A DNA stretch of 64,000 nucleotides from Azolla caroliniana (lineage: Eukaryota; Plantae; Polypodiophyta), in NCBI GenBank assembly GCA_043228905.1, contig JBHGNT010000008.1, forward strand, positions 8,308,001 to 8,372,000, read 5' to 3'. This document shows, one piece after another, positions 47,940 through 59,940 of this stretch; position 1 is the stretch's first letter, and each line of letters starts with the position of its first letter. Position numbers and translations under genes: made by a program. The notes beneath the pieces are model-generated. The model saw only the letters and a program-made list of their open reading frames with translations. It did not search any database and was not told the origin of the DNA.

Positions 47940-50316
47940 TTTCAAAACCTTTTTGCATCATAGGCCACTCCCAAGTCGGGATGTAGCTTCAGGTTCTGGT
48001 CGAGAGGTGTCGAGACGGATCGCCAATCCATCATGCCGAACTTGTATAGCATATTCAGAACATAGTGTCGTTGAGACAACAATATGTTGTGGGGGGTGTG
48101 GATCACTTTGATCCCGAGGAAGTAGTGAAGGTTCCCCAGTTCCTTCATCTCAAAGGCATCCGACAGTTGGGACTTGACTCAGCCGATTTCAGCGGGGTCG
48201 GGTACGGTGACGACCAAGTTGTCGACATATTAGCATAATGCACACGGGACCCCTCGGACCCTTCCAGATGAATAGAGAAGCGTCGAATTTGGAGGCCGCT
48301 AACCCCATCTTACACAATTGATGCGTGATCTTCGAGTTCCATGCACAGTGTTACGGGCATGACCATTTAATATCCCGTGGTGAGAATTTACCGTAGTATT
48401 CTATACACGTGGATAAGTGTAAGGGTTAAACGAGAGTGTAAAGAAGGGGAGGATTACTTTTAATCCTCGGGATTGAGACAACCCATTAGGTCAAGTGTGA
48501 ACTTGCCTGGGGGCCTTGGGTATCGCTATAAATAAGAGGCCTAGCTACCCTCATTTGATCATCTTTCTGACTACATCGAGACTCTGCTCGTGTGGTGGGT
48601 CAACTCTTGTAGCGAGCGCGCCAGCACCAGGTACGACTCGACGCCACGGTGGTGGTATGGGACGCCGATCAAGGCTCGAGTCCGTCTCGATCCCTTCGCT
48701 CAGGGGTGGTCAGGTGGATCGGCACCCTTCTTTCTCTTTCTCCTTTCTATCTTTCATTTCTTTATCCTTATCTTAAGCTTACTTTAGTACCTAGATCTAT
48801 AATACACGGGGGGCTTGCTCCAGGCCATAAAGCGACTTCTTCAGTCGACATACTTCTGACTTGTTCACCTCCGACTGAAATCCGGGTGGCTGGACCATGT
48901 ATACTTGTTCTTCAAGATCTCCTTGAAGAAACGCATTTTTGACATCCATCAAGTGGATATGCCACCCCCTTGTCACTGCAACCGCCAGCACCACACGAAC
49001 CGTCATTATCTTCGCCACCGGTGCGAAGGTCTGCGTATCCCTTATCCACCAATCAAGCCTTCTACCGGTTGACCGAACCTTTGGCATTATATTTCACCTT
49101 ATATACCCATTTACAACCGAATGGGTGTCGGGGAGGGTCAACCAAGTCCCATGTATCATTGGCATCAAGTGCCCGCATTTCTTCCTCCATGGCCGATCGC
49201 CATTTAGCATCCTGTGATGCCTCCGCATAGCTCTCCGGCTCACGGACTTCTGGCACTTTCATCATGTACGCATAGTGGTGAGCCATGTACTTGTTATATC
49301 CATACTAGATCATCGATTTCTTGTGGTGAGTAGATCGGCATAACTTCTCATTAGCCGATTCCAGAGCCCTCTTGGCAACATTCGACCTCAATTGTTGAGG
49401 TCCATATTCGCCCCGATCGTTATTAGATTCTCCCGGATCCAACTCTACTTTATCCGTGCCATACTCCATCATCTTTATCTTCCCTTTTTCTTTGCGCGTG
49501 AACTGTCTCCTCAGTTCCTTGCATAGGAATACCATAGTCGGGTCGTCACTGCTCACCAGCTCTTCATTCTACATGTCATTCCGGCTCAGCTCCTCATTCG
49601 GCCCGCTTAGCCGAAATGAGATTGAACTCTCATCTAGAGCTCCAAAATATTCTTCTTCTTCTTGCCGAATCATGTTGGCTCACTGGCCTCATCCTCAATA
49701 ATCGGGAGGTTAGAGTTCTGGGGGGTCGGGGTCGGAGTTGGAAGAGCATACAAGGACGCCGACTCGTTGAATACAACGTCTAGGCTTACTCGAACTTGTT
49801 TGGTCTAGGGGTTATAATACTTATACCCCTTCTATTCATGTGAGTAGCCAACCAATATGAACTTCTCCTACTTTGCGTCCAACTTCTTCCTCTTCTAATC
49901 TGGCACATGCACAAACACAATGCTACCAATACCCTTAGATGTCTCAAATTCAAATTCCCTATGAAGTACAACTCATGTATTGACACCTTTTCTCCGATCC
50001 GATTCTTGATGTACACCGTAGTCCGAATCACTTCGGCCCAATAGAACTTAGGCATGCTCTTCTCCTCCAGCATTGCCCTTGATGCGTCCACAACCGACCA
50101 GTTCTTCCTTTCGGCAACGCCTTCTATTCCAGTGTATATCTGCAGTTGAATTCACGCCAAATTCTCATTTGTTGTAGATAGCAGTTGAACTGGCCGAAAA
50201 AGTATCCTTTCCCACCATCCGACCGTAGGCACTTGATCTTTCTCTCTGTTTCCCTTTTTTGAAAACATTCGAAGACTTCGTTTTTCTTCTCTATAAGATA
50301 GATCCAAGTGTGCCGG
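47940..50316 (-). mobile_element. Second degenerate Ty1/Copia fragment F (INT-RT), interrupted by a solo LTR
   Basis: IKCLRSDGG, MPKFYWAE, EPESYAEA...[47 protein letters not shown]. Confidence 0.88.
48349..48804 (+). mobile_element. Solo LTR E (456 bp) in the RT of Copia F
   Basis: TGTTA...TAATA ends, TSD CACAG/CACGG, TATAAATA at about 48527; removing it restores QAPRAWN. Confidence 0.8.
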
Positions 50317-50880
50317 TCTCGCGGAAATCCACGTGTATGCGTCAGAATGGGGAGGGACCACTGGGGTCTTGAACGAAGGAGCCAGTAAGAGAGAGTGAAG
50401 AGTTTAACCAGACCATTTCCGGATAACTTCACCGGCACACGGGATCGAACATGTTACCGATCCGCATTGGTCACCAGATACCCAACGGTGAGCACACGGC
50501 TCGGATGCGTATGCTATTCCGAAACGGCATCTAGAAACCAGCCAGTGACCACACGGGCTCGGAGACTCCGGTACACACGTAACGAAAAGGGAACGGAGAT
50601 GACAATGCGGACAGAAACAAAGAGAGACCACGACACATAGGAATCCGGATACAATGATGATGACCGATTAGTTTGTAACAGTGGGAAATACACCCGGACT
50701 CGGCCGATAACATAACTTCAAACTCCTGAAAACACACACACACCGACTCTAGTGAACCTCTGATCGGGAGCACACGGGCTTCCAACGCGAAACAGAGACC
50801 CCACTACCACTTAGAGGAAACACATAATAGGGAACAAAAATCTGCAGAGCTCGTTTCGGCGGCACCGCCTTCTCCAAATC
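50317..50880 (-). mobile_element. LTR-like fragment related to the element D LTR; far end unclear
   Basis: GACCACTGGGGTCTTG matches D LTR GACCACCGGGGTCTTG at a similar distance from a TCTCGCG/TGTCGCG terminus; it truncates the Copia F integrase. Confidence 0.45.
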
Positions 50881-51059
50881 ATGTTACAAAATTCAATGCA
50901 ACTAAAATGTGCACCATGATGAACACTGGATTGCCCTACTCAAATGTTAGCCAAATTTGATTCATAGAGATATTGATGAATCTTGGAACCTATGAAATGC
51001 AATAATTGTTGAAGATACAATTTAGTATGGGTGACATGCCATTGTTAAGAACTAAAATT

Positions 51060-51290
51060 TGACCTAAAATTTGTAGTAGGCGTTGCCAGAAGTGAGAGAC
51101 AAACTGGGGTTCGCGATCGAAGATGACATTGTCGGGGAGTCCAAGCAAACGGACCACATTGTTGAGGAGTAGATGCGTCATTCCTTCTCCGGAAATGGTT
51201 TTTGAGCATGCAATGAAGTGAGCCATCTTTGTGAACCGATCGAGAACGACCAACATTGAGTCGTAGCTATTGACCAAGGGTAGATCGTAC
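51060..51290 (-). mobile_element. Chromovirus-type integrase fragment
   Basis: DLPLVNSYDSMLVVLDRFTKMAHFIAC...GLPDNVIFDREPQFVSHFW, alignable by eye to the element C integrase. Confidence 0.85.
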
Positions 51291-52027
51291 AAGTGATTTG
51301 TATATGGGCATGTGTTTCACTTGTAAGTTAACATACACTTTTCCTTGTGGGATCCATCCCTTCAATCTACCAAATTGAATTTTCTTTGGTGAAATCACAT
51401 GAATGTGGATTATATTAGACACACATGATATGCAACCTATAAATATTGTTAATCGTGGCAATTCTACATTATGTAACATAATCTAGTTAAAAAATAATTA
51501 TGATTTGGAGTAAGAGAAAAAAAATTAGTATGATTCAGGGCACATTTGTGCATTATCTTCCACAAGGCAATATTGTTATCCTTTTAAACCTTTGGATTGT
51601 GGAATATTAAGTGATAAAGCCATTTTTGGAAGCAATTTGTTAGCAAGCATGGATATAAAGAGGTTTGGGTTTTCTTTTTATTAGAGATTATGTTTAAAAA
51701 ACAAGCACAATTAGGTTAAAAGAAGAGAAAAGATTCATACAATTGATTAACATTGGGAAACCTTGCTAAAGAATTTATTTATGTTTTATAACTATGAAAA
51801 TCACATCATGGATCCAAGTTACAATGAGTACTATATGAAGAACTATAGTTTATATTGCTAGTAAGTTCTTTGCATTGACAAAGGCAAATGGGTATGCGTT
51901 CATTTTAAACAAAAAGTAATGAACTCTCTTTCTCTTTATTTAGGGTTTATTAATTCTCATCTCTTGAATAAGTGAATTCGCAATGAAATGTATAGTGTTT
52001 GGTTCACATTGGCAAGATTATCCTCTT

Positions 52028-52720
52028 TAGAAACATTCATATGCTTCTTCCTTTTCTCCCTAATTGTTGAAGGAGCATGTTAGTGAGAAGGAGAAAAATA
52101 AATGTGCATGATAATGATAAAAGGTATCAATAAAATTGGGACACAAGTATGTAAAGTGGTTATCAATCAGGTTAGGTGTCAAAGAGCAAGTATGTAAAGT
52201 GGTTAGCAATAAGCATAGGTCCATCGCTAAAGAACAAGAAAATTCCACTATGACAAAGAAGAGTTACAATTCACACGCACACCTCATATCTAACCAAGTA
52301 TGCGCTAAGAGCATTCACACCCAAGAAATCACCTTAGAGCCAAAGCAAGCTTATCTCCAACATTGGTTAGATTAGACTTTAGAAACGTTAATATGTGTCT
52401 TCTTCTTCTTCTTCTTCTTCTTCTTCTTCTTCTTCTTCTTCTTCTTCTTCTTCTTCTTCTTCTATTTCATTGTTGAAGGAGCGTGTTATTAAGAAGGAGA
52501 AAAATAATGTGTACCATAATGATAAAATGTATCAACAAATTTGGGACACAAGTATGTGAAGTGGTTGGCGGTAAACTTACGTCAACTGTTAACGAGCAAC
52601 AAGAAATTTCACTATGACAAAGAAGAGCTACAATTCACACAAGCAACCCAAATCTAACCAAGTATAAGCTAAGAGCATTCACTCCCAAAAAACACCTTAG
52701 AGCCAAAGTAAACTTATCTC
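52028..52720 (+). repeat. Diverged tandem duplication (about 350-bp unit); copy 2 contains (TCT)22 at 52398-52463
   Basis: Shared blocks ATTGTTGAAGGAGC, TTGGGACACAAGTATGT, CACTATGACAAAGAAGAG, CACCTTAGAGCCAAAG. Confidence 0.85.
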
Positions 52721-53715
52721 TTATATACCTCTTTCACTATCATTCTCATTAGAAACCTTGTACTCGTATATTGCAACCAAAAACTCATAGAGTGATACTG
52801 CATTAGAGTACAAACGGAAGTAAAAGAGGTGCATTTTGTGACCATTCTATAAGAAAAGCTAATCTATACAAAAATGAAGTTGAGAGCCATATGCATTCAA
52901 AATATGTGAAATTGAATGCCATTTTCAAGGGAGGGTGTCAATAATTCATTGGACATGTTGGTGGACATCCAATACTTAGTTTCCCATATAATGCTTTATT
53001 TGATCAAGAATGTGAGGCACTTCCCAAAATATTCAAGCTCATAAGAAACAAAATGTAAAGTTTTAAAATTGTGTCAATGTCAAATAATGTGCTTGGAAAA
53101 AAAGAAGCAGTATTATAAAATGAAAGAAAGGAAGAAAAGTTGGATGTTTCAACTCCAATAAAAGTAGCAAGGAGAAAATTCAAAGGCAAAAAGGAAGATA
53201 TAATCAATGAATTCACCGATAATGAGATGGAACAATATATGCATAAGTTTTATACGCATGATGGAATAATGCCTATGGCATTGAGTATAGAAACACCATA
53301 TAATGCATGCGTGTTTATTGAAGATGTTAACAAAGAAGCAAAAGATGTGTAATAGCAAAGCGGTAGATGCAACTTTAATGATGAGTAAGCTCTTGAAATG
53401 GATAAGACCACAAACTCCCCAACACATAGTAGCGATCATGGATCAAGCTATCAAACAAGGTTACAAGGTTTTTCTAAAGTTGGCTCATGAATTGGATTAA
53501 ACTAATGCATACAAGAGGAGATAAAAAAATCTAGTGTTCAACAATCGAATCCTCATGGTTACCTCAATTTATGGCCAAGCTATATAGCCATATCATAGAA
53601 CAAAAAATTAGCTCATTAGTTGAAAATCATCACAAAGAAGCATTTGGTCAAACAGTATTCAAACTAAAACTTTCCATTGTCAATCATTTGGTTAACACTA
53701 AGAATAACTATGGAA

Positions 53716-54323
53716 TAACTATGTGATGGGGTGAGACCAGGCACAAATTCTGAAATTTTTGAGGAGATTTGGCTTATGGTGGCCTGTTTGACGACCTGGC
53801 ACATCTGGATCAGGCGTTGTAAGGTTGTTTTTCAACAGCAAAAGATCTCATGCGGGGAGATGATGTTAAATATCTGGTTTGATCTTGTGGCTTGGTTGCG
53901 CGGTCGGTATGATTCGATTCAAGGGGATTCAGAAGAAGCAGAAAGGTCAAGGTCAAAGTTCTTGCTGAAATGGAGTACCTCTCCCATGCTAGTCAAATCT
54001 TCATCCATGCCTAAGTGGAATTACCAAGCACCTAGGTGGTTGTTTCCACCGATGGCTCCCAATATTGTACATGGGTTGTAATTATGTATGTATAGCTGAC
54101 ACAAACGTGCGTCAGGGAGTTGTAGAGTCGGGGTAAAATAGGGTTTAATTCAATTTTGCTTGAGTTAAGGATTGGTTGAGTTTTTTTTGCTGTTTTTGGT
54201 TGATAGTTTTGGAGTTGTTTCTCCAAGTTGTATATGTTGATCCCATTGTGGATTTGGATAAACTTTGTTGTATTCTATTTGCTAACTAATGCGAAGTAGT
54301 ATTTTTTTGGGAAAAAAAAAAAC
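53716..54323 (+). mobile_element. 5'-truncated L1/Tx1-like LINE 3' end with poly(A) tail and TSD
   Basis: ORF 53731-54081 with WHIWIRRCKVVF (ORF2 C-terminal W-x-I-W-xx-R-N-xxx-F motif); A-tail 54312-54322; flanking CTATGGAA at 53708 and 54324. Confidence 0.75.
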
Positions 54324-55151
54324 CTATGGAAGAAAATCAACTTCAAGAGAAAACACTATATTGTTGTTTTGTTGAAAGAAGACTTACACACCATACCAAG
54401 AAGTGAGCTTTGCTAAAGAATGATAGAGATCAAAATGTCATTAGAGTATAGATGGTTGTTGCACGATTGTATGAGAAATTTAAACGCTAGTTGAAAATGG
54501 ATAATGGTTTCTCAAGGTACTTCTTCAGTAACATGGGGGTGGAGCAAAGGTGTCTACTCTTACCCACACTCTTTTATCTATGCATGGATAAAGTTGAAGA
54601 AATAGTAAACAAGATTGCAAAACAAGAATGAATAGATGGCCCAAAACTCATGCAAGACCTTACTTTCATACTCATATATACCAATTGGCAATGATGTTGA
54701 GTTATTTTCATATAATGTGGATGTTATGCAACACAAAGTGTATGTATTGGAAACATCAAATCAATGGGTTAATTTTTCATGTGCACAAAACAAAATTATT
54801 CAACCAATAAACTACTCTCCTAAATAGCAAGGGGAAACCAATCATGTGGTGCAAAGCTTCAAATATTTGGTATTTATGTCTCATCCATAAATAGGTGGAA
54901 TGTATGCTATGAGTCTAGACTTCACGCGGTTTGGCATAATTATTATATGTTTGAGAATCAATGCAAACAAAGTAATTCTTGATGATGGGATGTGAGATTG
55001 ATGTTTTTCAATGCTATGGTGATCAAGTGTTGCTTTATGGAGTAAAAGTGTGGTGTGACACAAACCCAATGCATAGAGTGAAGTAAAGAAAACTCAAACC
55101 ATGTTCTTGCATAGACTCTTGAAAGTGAAATCCTTAACATCCTATCCTATC

Positions 55152-55639
55152 TATTATGCACACATAACTTAGTTCAAGGTAGGTCACTAATATTTACGTA
55201 AGTGAAGGGTATGTTCACTAATGTTGGAAAAGGGACTAATGTGGTCGGATAGAAGGAATTATAGGTGCATGAGAGGTATAAATATGAGGCATAGCTACTT
55301 TCACAAAAGACATTACGCCAGAAGTTGTCACATTAAAACACTAGTGGTGCGGGCTAGGCTTTCGTCGCGATGATCGTGCTATCTCTTCCAAGGTATTAGT
55401 CATCCTAATATCCGTCGAGCTATCTCTTGATCATAGCTCGAGGGTGGTTGGGTTCTTCTATCCAATTTATTTGCCATTTTACTTTATTTCGGTCTATTGA
55501 TTAGTAATACACACTTAATAGTGGTATCATGAACCTATCATTCCTTCTATCCAATCACATTAGTCCCTTTCTAAAATTAGTGAACATACCCTTCACAATT
55601 TTATTGACATGCCCTCACCTACGTTATGTATGCATAACA
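55152..55639 (+). mobile_element. Solo-LTR-like insertion G (488 bp) with about 120-bp imperfect terminal inverted repeats
   Basis: TATTATGCA...TGCATAACA; TSD CTATC/CTACC; TATAAATATGAGGCATAGCTAC resembles the solo LTR E core TATAAATAAGAGGCCTAGCTAC. Confidence 0.7.
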
Positions 55640-58600
55640 CTACCATACTATTAGCAACAGAACGCTCAGGCTATAAAGGTAATTATAATCATTCAAAGAG
55701 TATACAAGTATATCACAAAAGACAAGAACATGCCCTCGCATAGATTGCCAAAAAATGCTTGGAATGTAGGACACAATTTACAAAACTAGTAAGAACAAAA
55801 TCTTCTCATCTAGTTGGTTGTTGGACATTATGAAATAGTTTAGAAGATGGGAATTGGAAGATCTATCAAAGCTCTTAGGTGATCCTATAAAGTGTGTGAT
55901 CATCAAAATTTGATTATTAGAGGCACTAAGAATGAAGTGGAATCATTTTTAGATGTCAAATTTTGAATATTAATATTAGATTGTCGACGTTCACCCTCCA
56001 TGTTGGTGCCAATACAAGGTAAAAATCCAAGAGCATATCCAATTGCATCTTACTACTGCCATGAGCTTTGACTCTCGGCAAGCCCTTACACTTCTTTGAA
56101 CTCTCTCACACAAGTTGTGTTGAGGTTGCATCATTGCATCATCACCTTAGTATGAGGAGATGCAAGGTATGAACCAAGTTTCAATCTTTTTATCCATCCT
56201 TAGTGGTAGCCTTGCTCATGTGTTATGTTTAGATATATTATTCAAGATTCATCTATTTAGGATTGCAAAATTCTCTTAAATGTATTCATTAAAACAACTT
56301 GTATCATCGATGTTTGAGTGTGCATCCAACACGTGCTCATTTTCTCTGTCATAACCTACTAGTGTGCATAGTAGGGCCTACTTCTAAACTTGACAAAACC
56401 AATTTACACAGAATATATACCATTCAAGTTTTACTATTACCTATCGTATATTAAACTCAAGTTTGAAACTATGCCCATGTGCAATTGATAGCAAGATAAA
56501 ATGTGATGAAATAATTAGGTCATGTTATCCTTCAAAAGAGATGCATACATCCTCGTAATCGTGAAAAGGGGAGGTGGGTACTTAATTCAAGTTTAAATTG
56601 GGGAAAACTACTTGAAAATGGATGAAGCAATATTACAAATAAAGGTATTATCGATTGATTATGTGAAATAACATTCCAACAAATGAAAGTTTCAAGATCA
56701 TGGAAATTTAAACAATAGGGAATCGATCTAAATCAACACTTTTTCATCATTGAGAACCTCACACTTTACAAAAGCATGATTTAATGAATTTGATAAATTT
56801 ACCATGGGTATTTGTAAAATGGTTTAAGTCGACATCATTTTAAAACCTTATGAACAATGCTTGAAGTAGGCTATGCAACTTGAGATCGCAAAAAACATGT
56901 TAAATTAACTAATACCAACACATGAATGTAAATGCCCATACTAGTCCATACACGAGAAGCATGACCATGAACTATGAACCATTATACATAATTCCATTTT
57001 GATGACTAACATAGACAAAACTAGGCAATTATGAACAATGACTCTCCTTTTTAGGCAACAAAAATGTCCATGTTAACATTGTGAAGAAGTTAATGTGAGA
57101 TATTGGTTTAAATTGTGAAAATGACCACATGGATGAAACATTACCACAATAATTTCGAGAAGACTGAAAATAACCTTAGCAACAAAGAAACATAAGTAGA
57201 GAGAAATAACAATTTAGAGGAAGAAAAAGAACTACACTTACATGTTCCTCTCTCTCTCTCTTCTCGTGGCTTTTATGAGGTTAGATAAAATTAATCTTGG
57301 AATTGCTAGATATTGTGGTAATAACAAGGCAAACTTGTTTGCACGTCTTTCTCTCTCATGGGCCAATTTTGGCCTTAGAAGACGTTAATATATCTTTCAT
57401 TCTTTCTTTCTCAGGTGTTTTTTTTTTACAAAAAAAAAACTCCTTATTAGTCATAAAATTTTACAAATGAGAGTGTTATATACAAATCCTTTCTTTACAT
57501 ATGTAGAAAGTTATCCAAATTTTAAAATTCGTGTCCTTTCTTCTAATTTCCTATCTGGGCCATTCCCTAGGCTAAAATGGGTGGAAAGGGAGATAAGAGA
57601 AAAGAAACATGTTTTGTTTCTTCATGTCCAACGTCAAATAAGTCTTTTGAAATACAAGAATTATGATTGGATAAGCATATTGTATATAGCTTCCAACCGT
57701 TGTAATGAGCATGTAAGTCCTAATGATCACTCTCAAATTGACTTTACGACAAACAATGTACGCACACAACCACGTGTAGAGTGTGTGCCTATATTAAGAG
57801 GCCCAATATCATAGATGTATGTACCCATGGATTAATGAGAACACATCAAATTGAATAATATTGTAATCAATAATTTTACGTTATTTAAAGTCAAGTAATT
57901 TACATTGATGACACAAAACAAGTTGTACAAGACATCGTATCCAATCTCAAAGCTAATTCCAAAAGGTTGAAGAAAGACAATAATTAACTACTCACTAGTT
58001 TCAATCTACCCATGATCAATGAGGAGCTTATGTGTTGAGGGTAGCAAGTGCTTAGGAATCCATGATAAATATGGATCTCACACATTTGGAAGATGCAAAT
58101 TTATGAAATGAAACAATCATACAAAAAAACGTTGATTATAAGCTCAATACAAATTTGTATATTTGAGAAAGCATGCAATGTTTGAATGCAAAACACCATG
58201 GTTTTTGTTTTCTTGACTTATTACCTATAGAGCCTCAATATGAAGTCATTGAAATGTATCATCTTGATACTTAACTTGTTTGCACTTAATTTGAAGTGGT
58301 AAGATTTATCAAGACAAACGTGAAGTACAAAATCTTGTTCGAACACATTGACATAGTAACTTTGTCAAACGATTGACTACAAAGCGTACATTCAAAAGGC
58401 ATGCCACAACACGCATAATTCTAAAGTCTTGATATTAAATTAGGCAATTAACTCAAGTTGCAATTCCCACTTTAAGATTGATTTTCTCATGAAGAAGATA
58501 TCTCGCATTCAAAACTTGCAATCAGCTTTTTAAAAACATTGATGGTTAGGACAACAAACCTCAAAGCTCTTAGCATTCAATTCAATACATCTATGTATAT

Positions 58601-58944
58601 GATTGTTATGTAAATTGAAGGAAGTCGGGCGAAGGGTGCGATGAATCGAGGGAATGGGGTTTGGGGGGGGGGAGTAGTCTGAAGCAAACGACAATAGCGT
58701 TTTATGGAAAAGTGTGAGATGGAGAAAAGTCATCTCTGAGCGCGCCCTCCCTCCGAACTCGCGATTCATAGGTGAATGTCTGGTTTAGGGATGAAAGTGA
58801 TGAAAGAACAAGAAGAAGCACATGATTGTGGATTCGAGAGCATTGAGGGAAGGAAGTTCTCCTGGTTGTGAGGGAGCATGAAATCTCCAGAAGGGAAAAG
58901 AGGGGGGGGAGCAACAAAGAACTGGGTTAGGTAAGGTTCACAAG

Positions 58945-59183
58945 TGGGATTTGGCAACGGTCAGTTTCGGCTTAACCAATTTGGCCTTATCCAAACCAAA
59001 CCGGTTAAGCCTAAACTAGTTTAGGCCTAACTAACTAGTTTGTCCCAAATCTATTCATTTCAGCTTGAGCCATCCCAAACGGAGCTCGAACCGGTTAAGG
59101 AAGCTCAAAAGCCTAAACCAAACCGACAAAACTGGTTTACAAATGGTTTTAACGGCTCGGTTCTGAGCCGTTGCTGATTCCTA
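58945..59183. mobile_element. hAT-like MITE upstream of the trihelix gene
   Basis: Imperfect TIRs TGGGATTTGGCAACGG / CCGTTGCTGATTCCTA; 8-bp flanks TTCACAAG / GTCACAAT; many AACCG/CGGTT subterminal motifs. Confidence 0.65.
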
Positions 59184-59407
59184 GTCACAATCACACCTGG
59201 CCGGGCCGAGCCGAGCCGAAGTGAATGAGGCTCGATAGAACTCTAGTCGAGAGACGGGAAAAAGATCCAAGCCAGAAACAACGGGCGGATGTGGGTCGAT
59301 GAGGAGGACGTCGGTCGATTTGGACCATTCGTTTCACGCGCACCTGCGAAGTCCCCCCCTCCCCCCCCCCCCGGCCATGCCTCCCCTCCTCCTTAGAGCA
59401 AGTGACA

Positions 59408-59673
59408 ATGAGAGAGAGAAGAGAGAGAGAGGAGAGAGAAGGATATATGAACGTCCTTTTGAGAGGACCAAAAATGGCCTATCACACACAGACACAGACG
59501 CACATACACGCGCACACACACACAGAGGTACACAGAGAGAGAGAGACAGACAGACAGACAGAGACAGAGACAGAGAAGAGAGAGAGAGAGAGACAGAGAA
59601 GAGAGAGAGAGAGAGAGAGCACAGAGCTTTTAAGGTTCTTCTTCTTCTTCTTCTTGCTTTCTTCTTCTTCTTC
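59408..59673 (+). repeat. Compound (GA)/(CA)/(GACA)/(CTT) microsatellites in the promoter or 5' UTR of the trihelix gene
   Basis: Directly visible. Confidence 0.9.
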
Positions 59674-59940
59674 CTCGTGTTAGTAGGTTCTGAGGTTCCG
59701 ATTGATGGGCTTCTTTGGAAAGGCTGTGCTCCGTGGGCCTCCTCCTTCACTCCATCCATCATCGCCCATCCTCTCCATCCATCAAACACTTCCCTTCTGC
59801 AGCACATGAACGCAGATTAGGTACCTCCCCACACCGACCTCCGTTTCTCTCTTCTGATGAAGAAGAGACCACGCCTTTCTGGCTTCTTGGCTTCCCCAAC
59901 CTCCCCTGCTTCTTCATTCCATAGCTCATTCTCTGTACAA

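Larger units (their letters stand above)
52900..55950 (+). mobile_element. Highly degenerate LINE ORF2 remnant, interrupted by two younger insertions
   Basis: KAVDATLMMSKLLKW (compare KASDLQ...MLKW at 21576), NMGVEQRCLLLPTLF (GVxQGCPLSPTLF), NMPSHRLPKNAW. Confidence 0.6.

Noticed and set aside
59299-59820. ORFs of 173, 157 and 93 aa upstream of the trihelix gene
   Set aside because: They are translations of GA/CA/CTT microsatellites, which lack stop codons.
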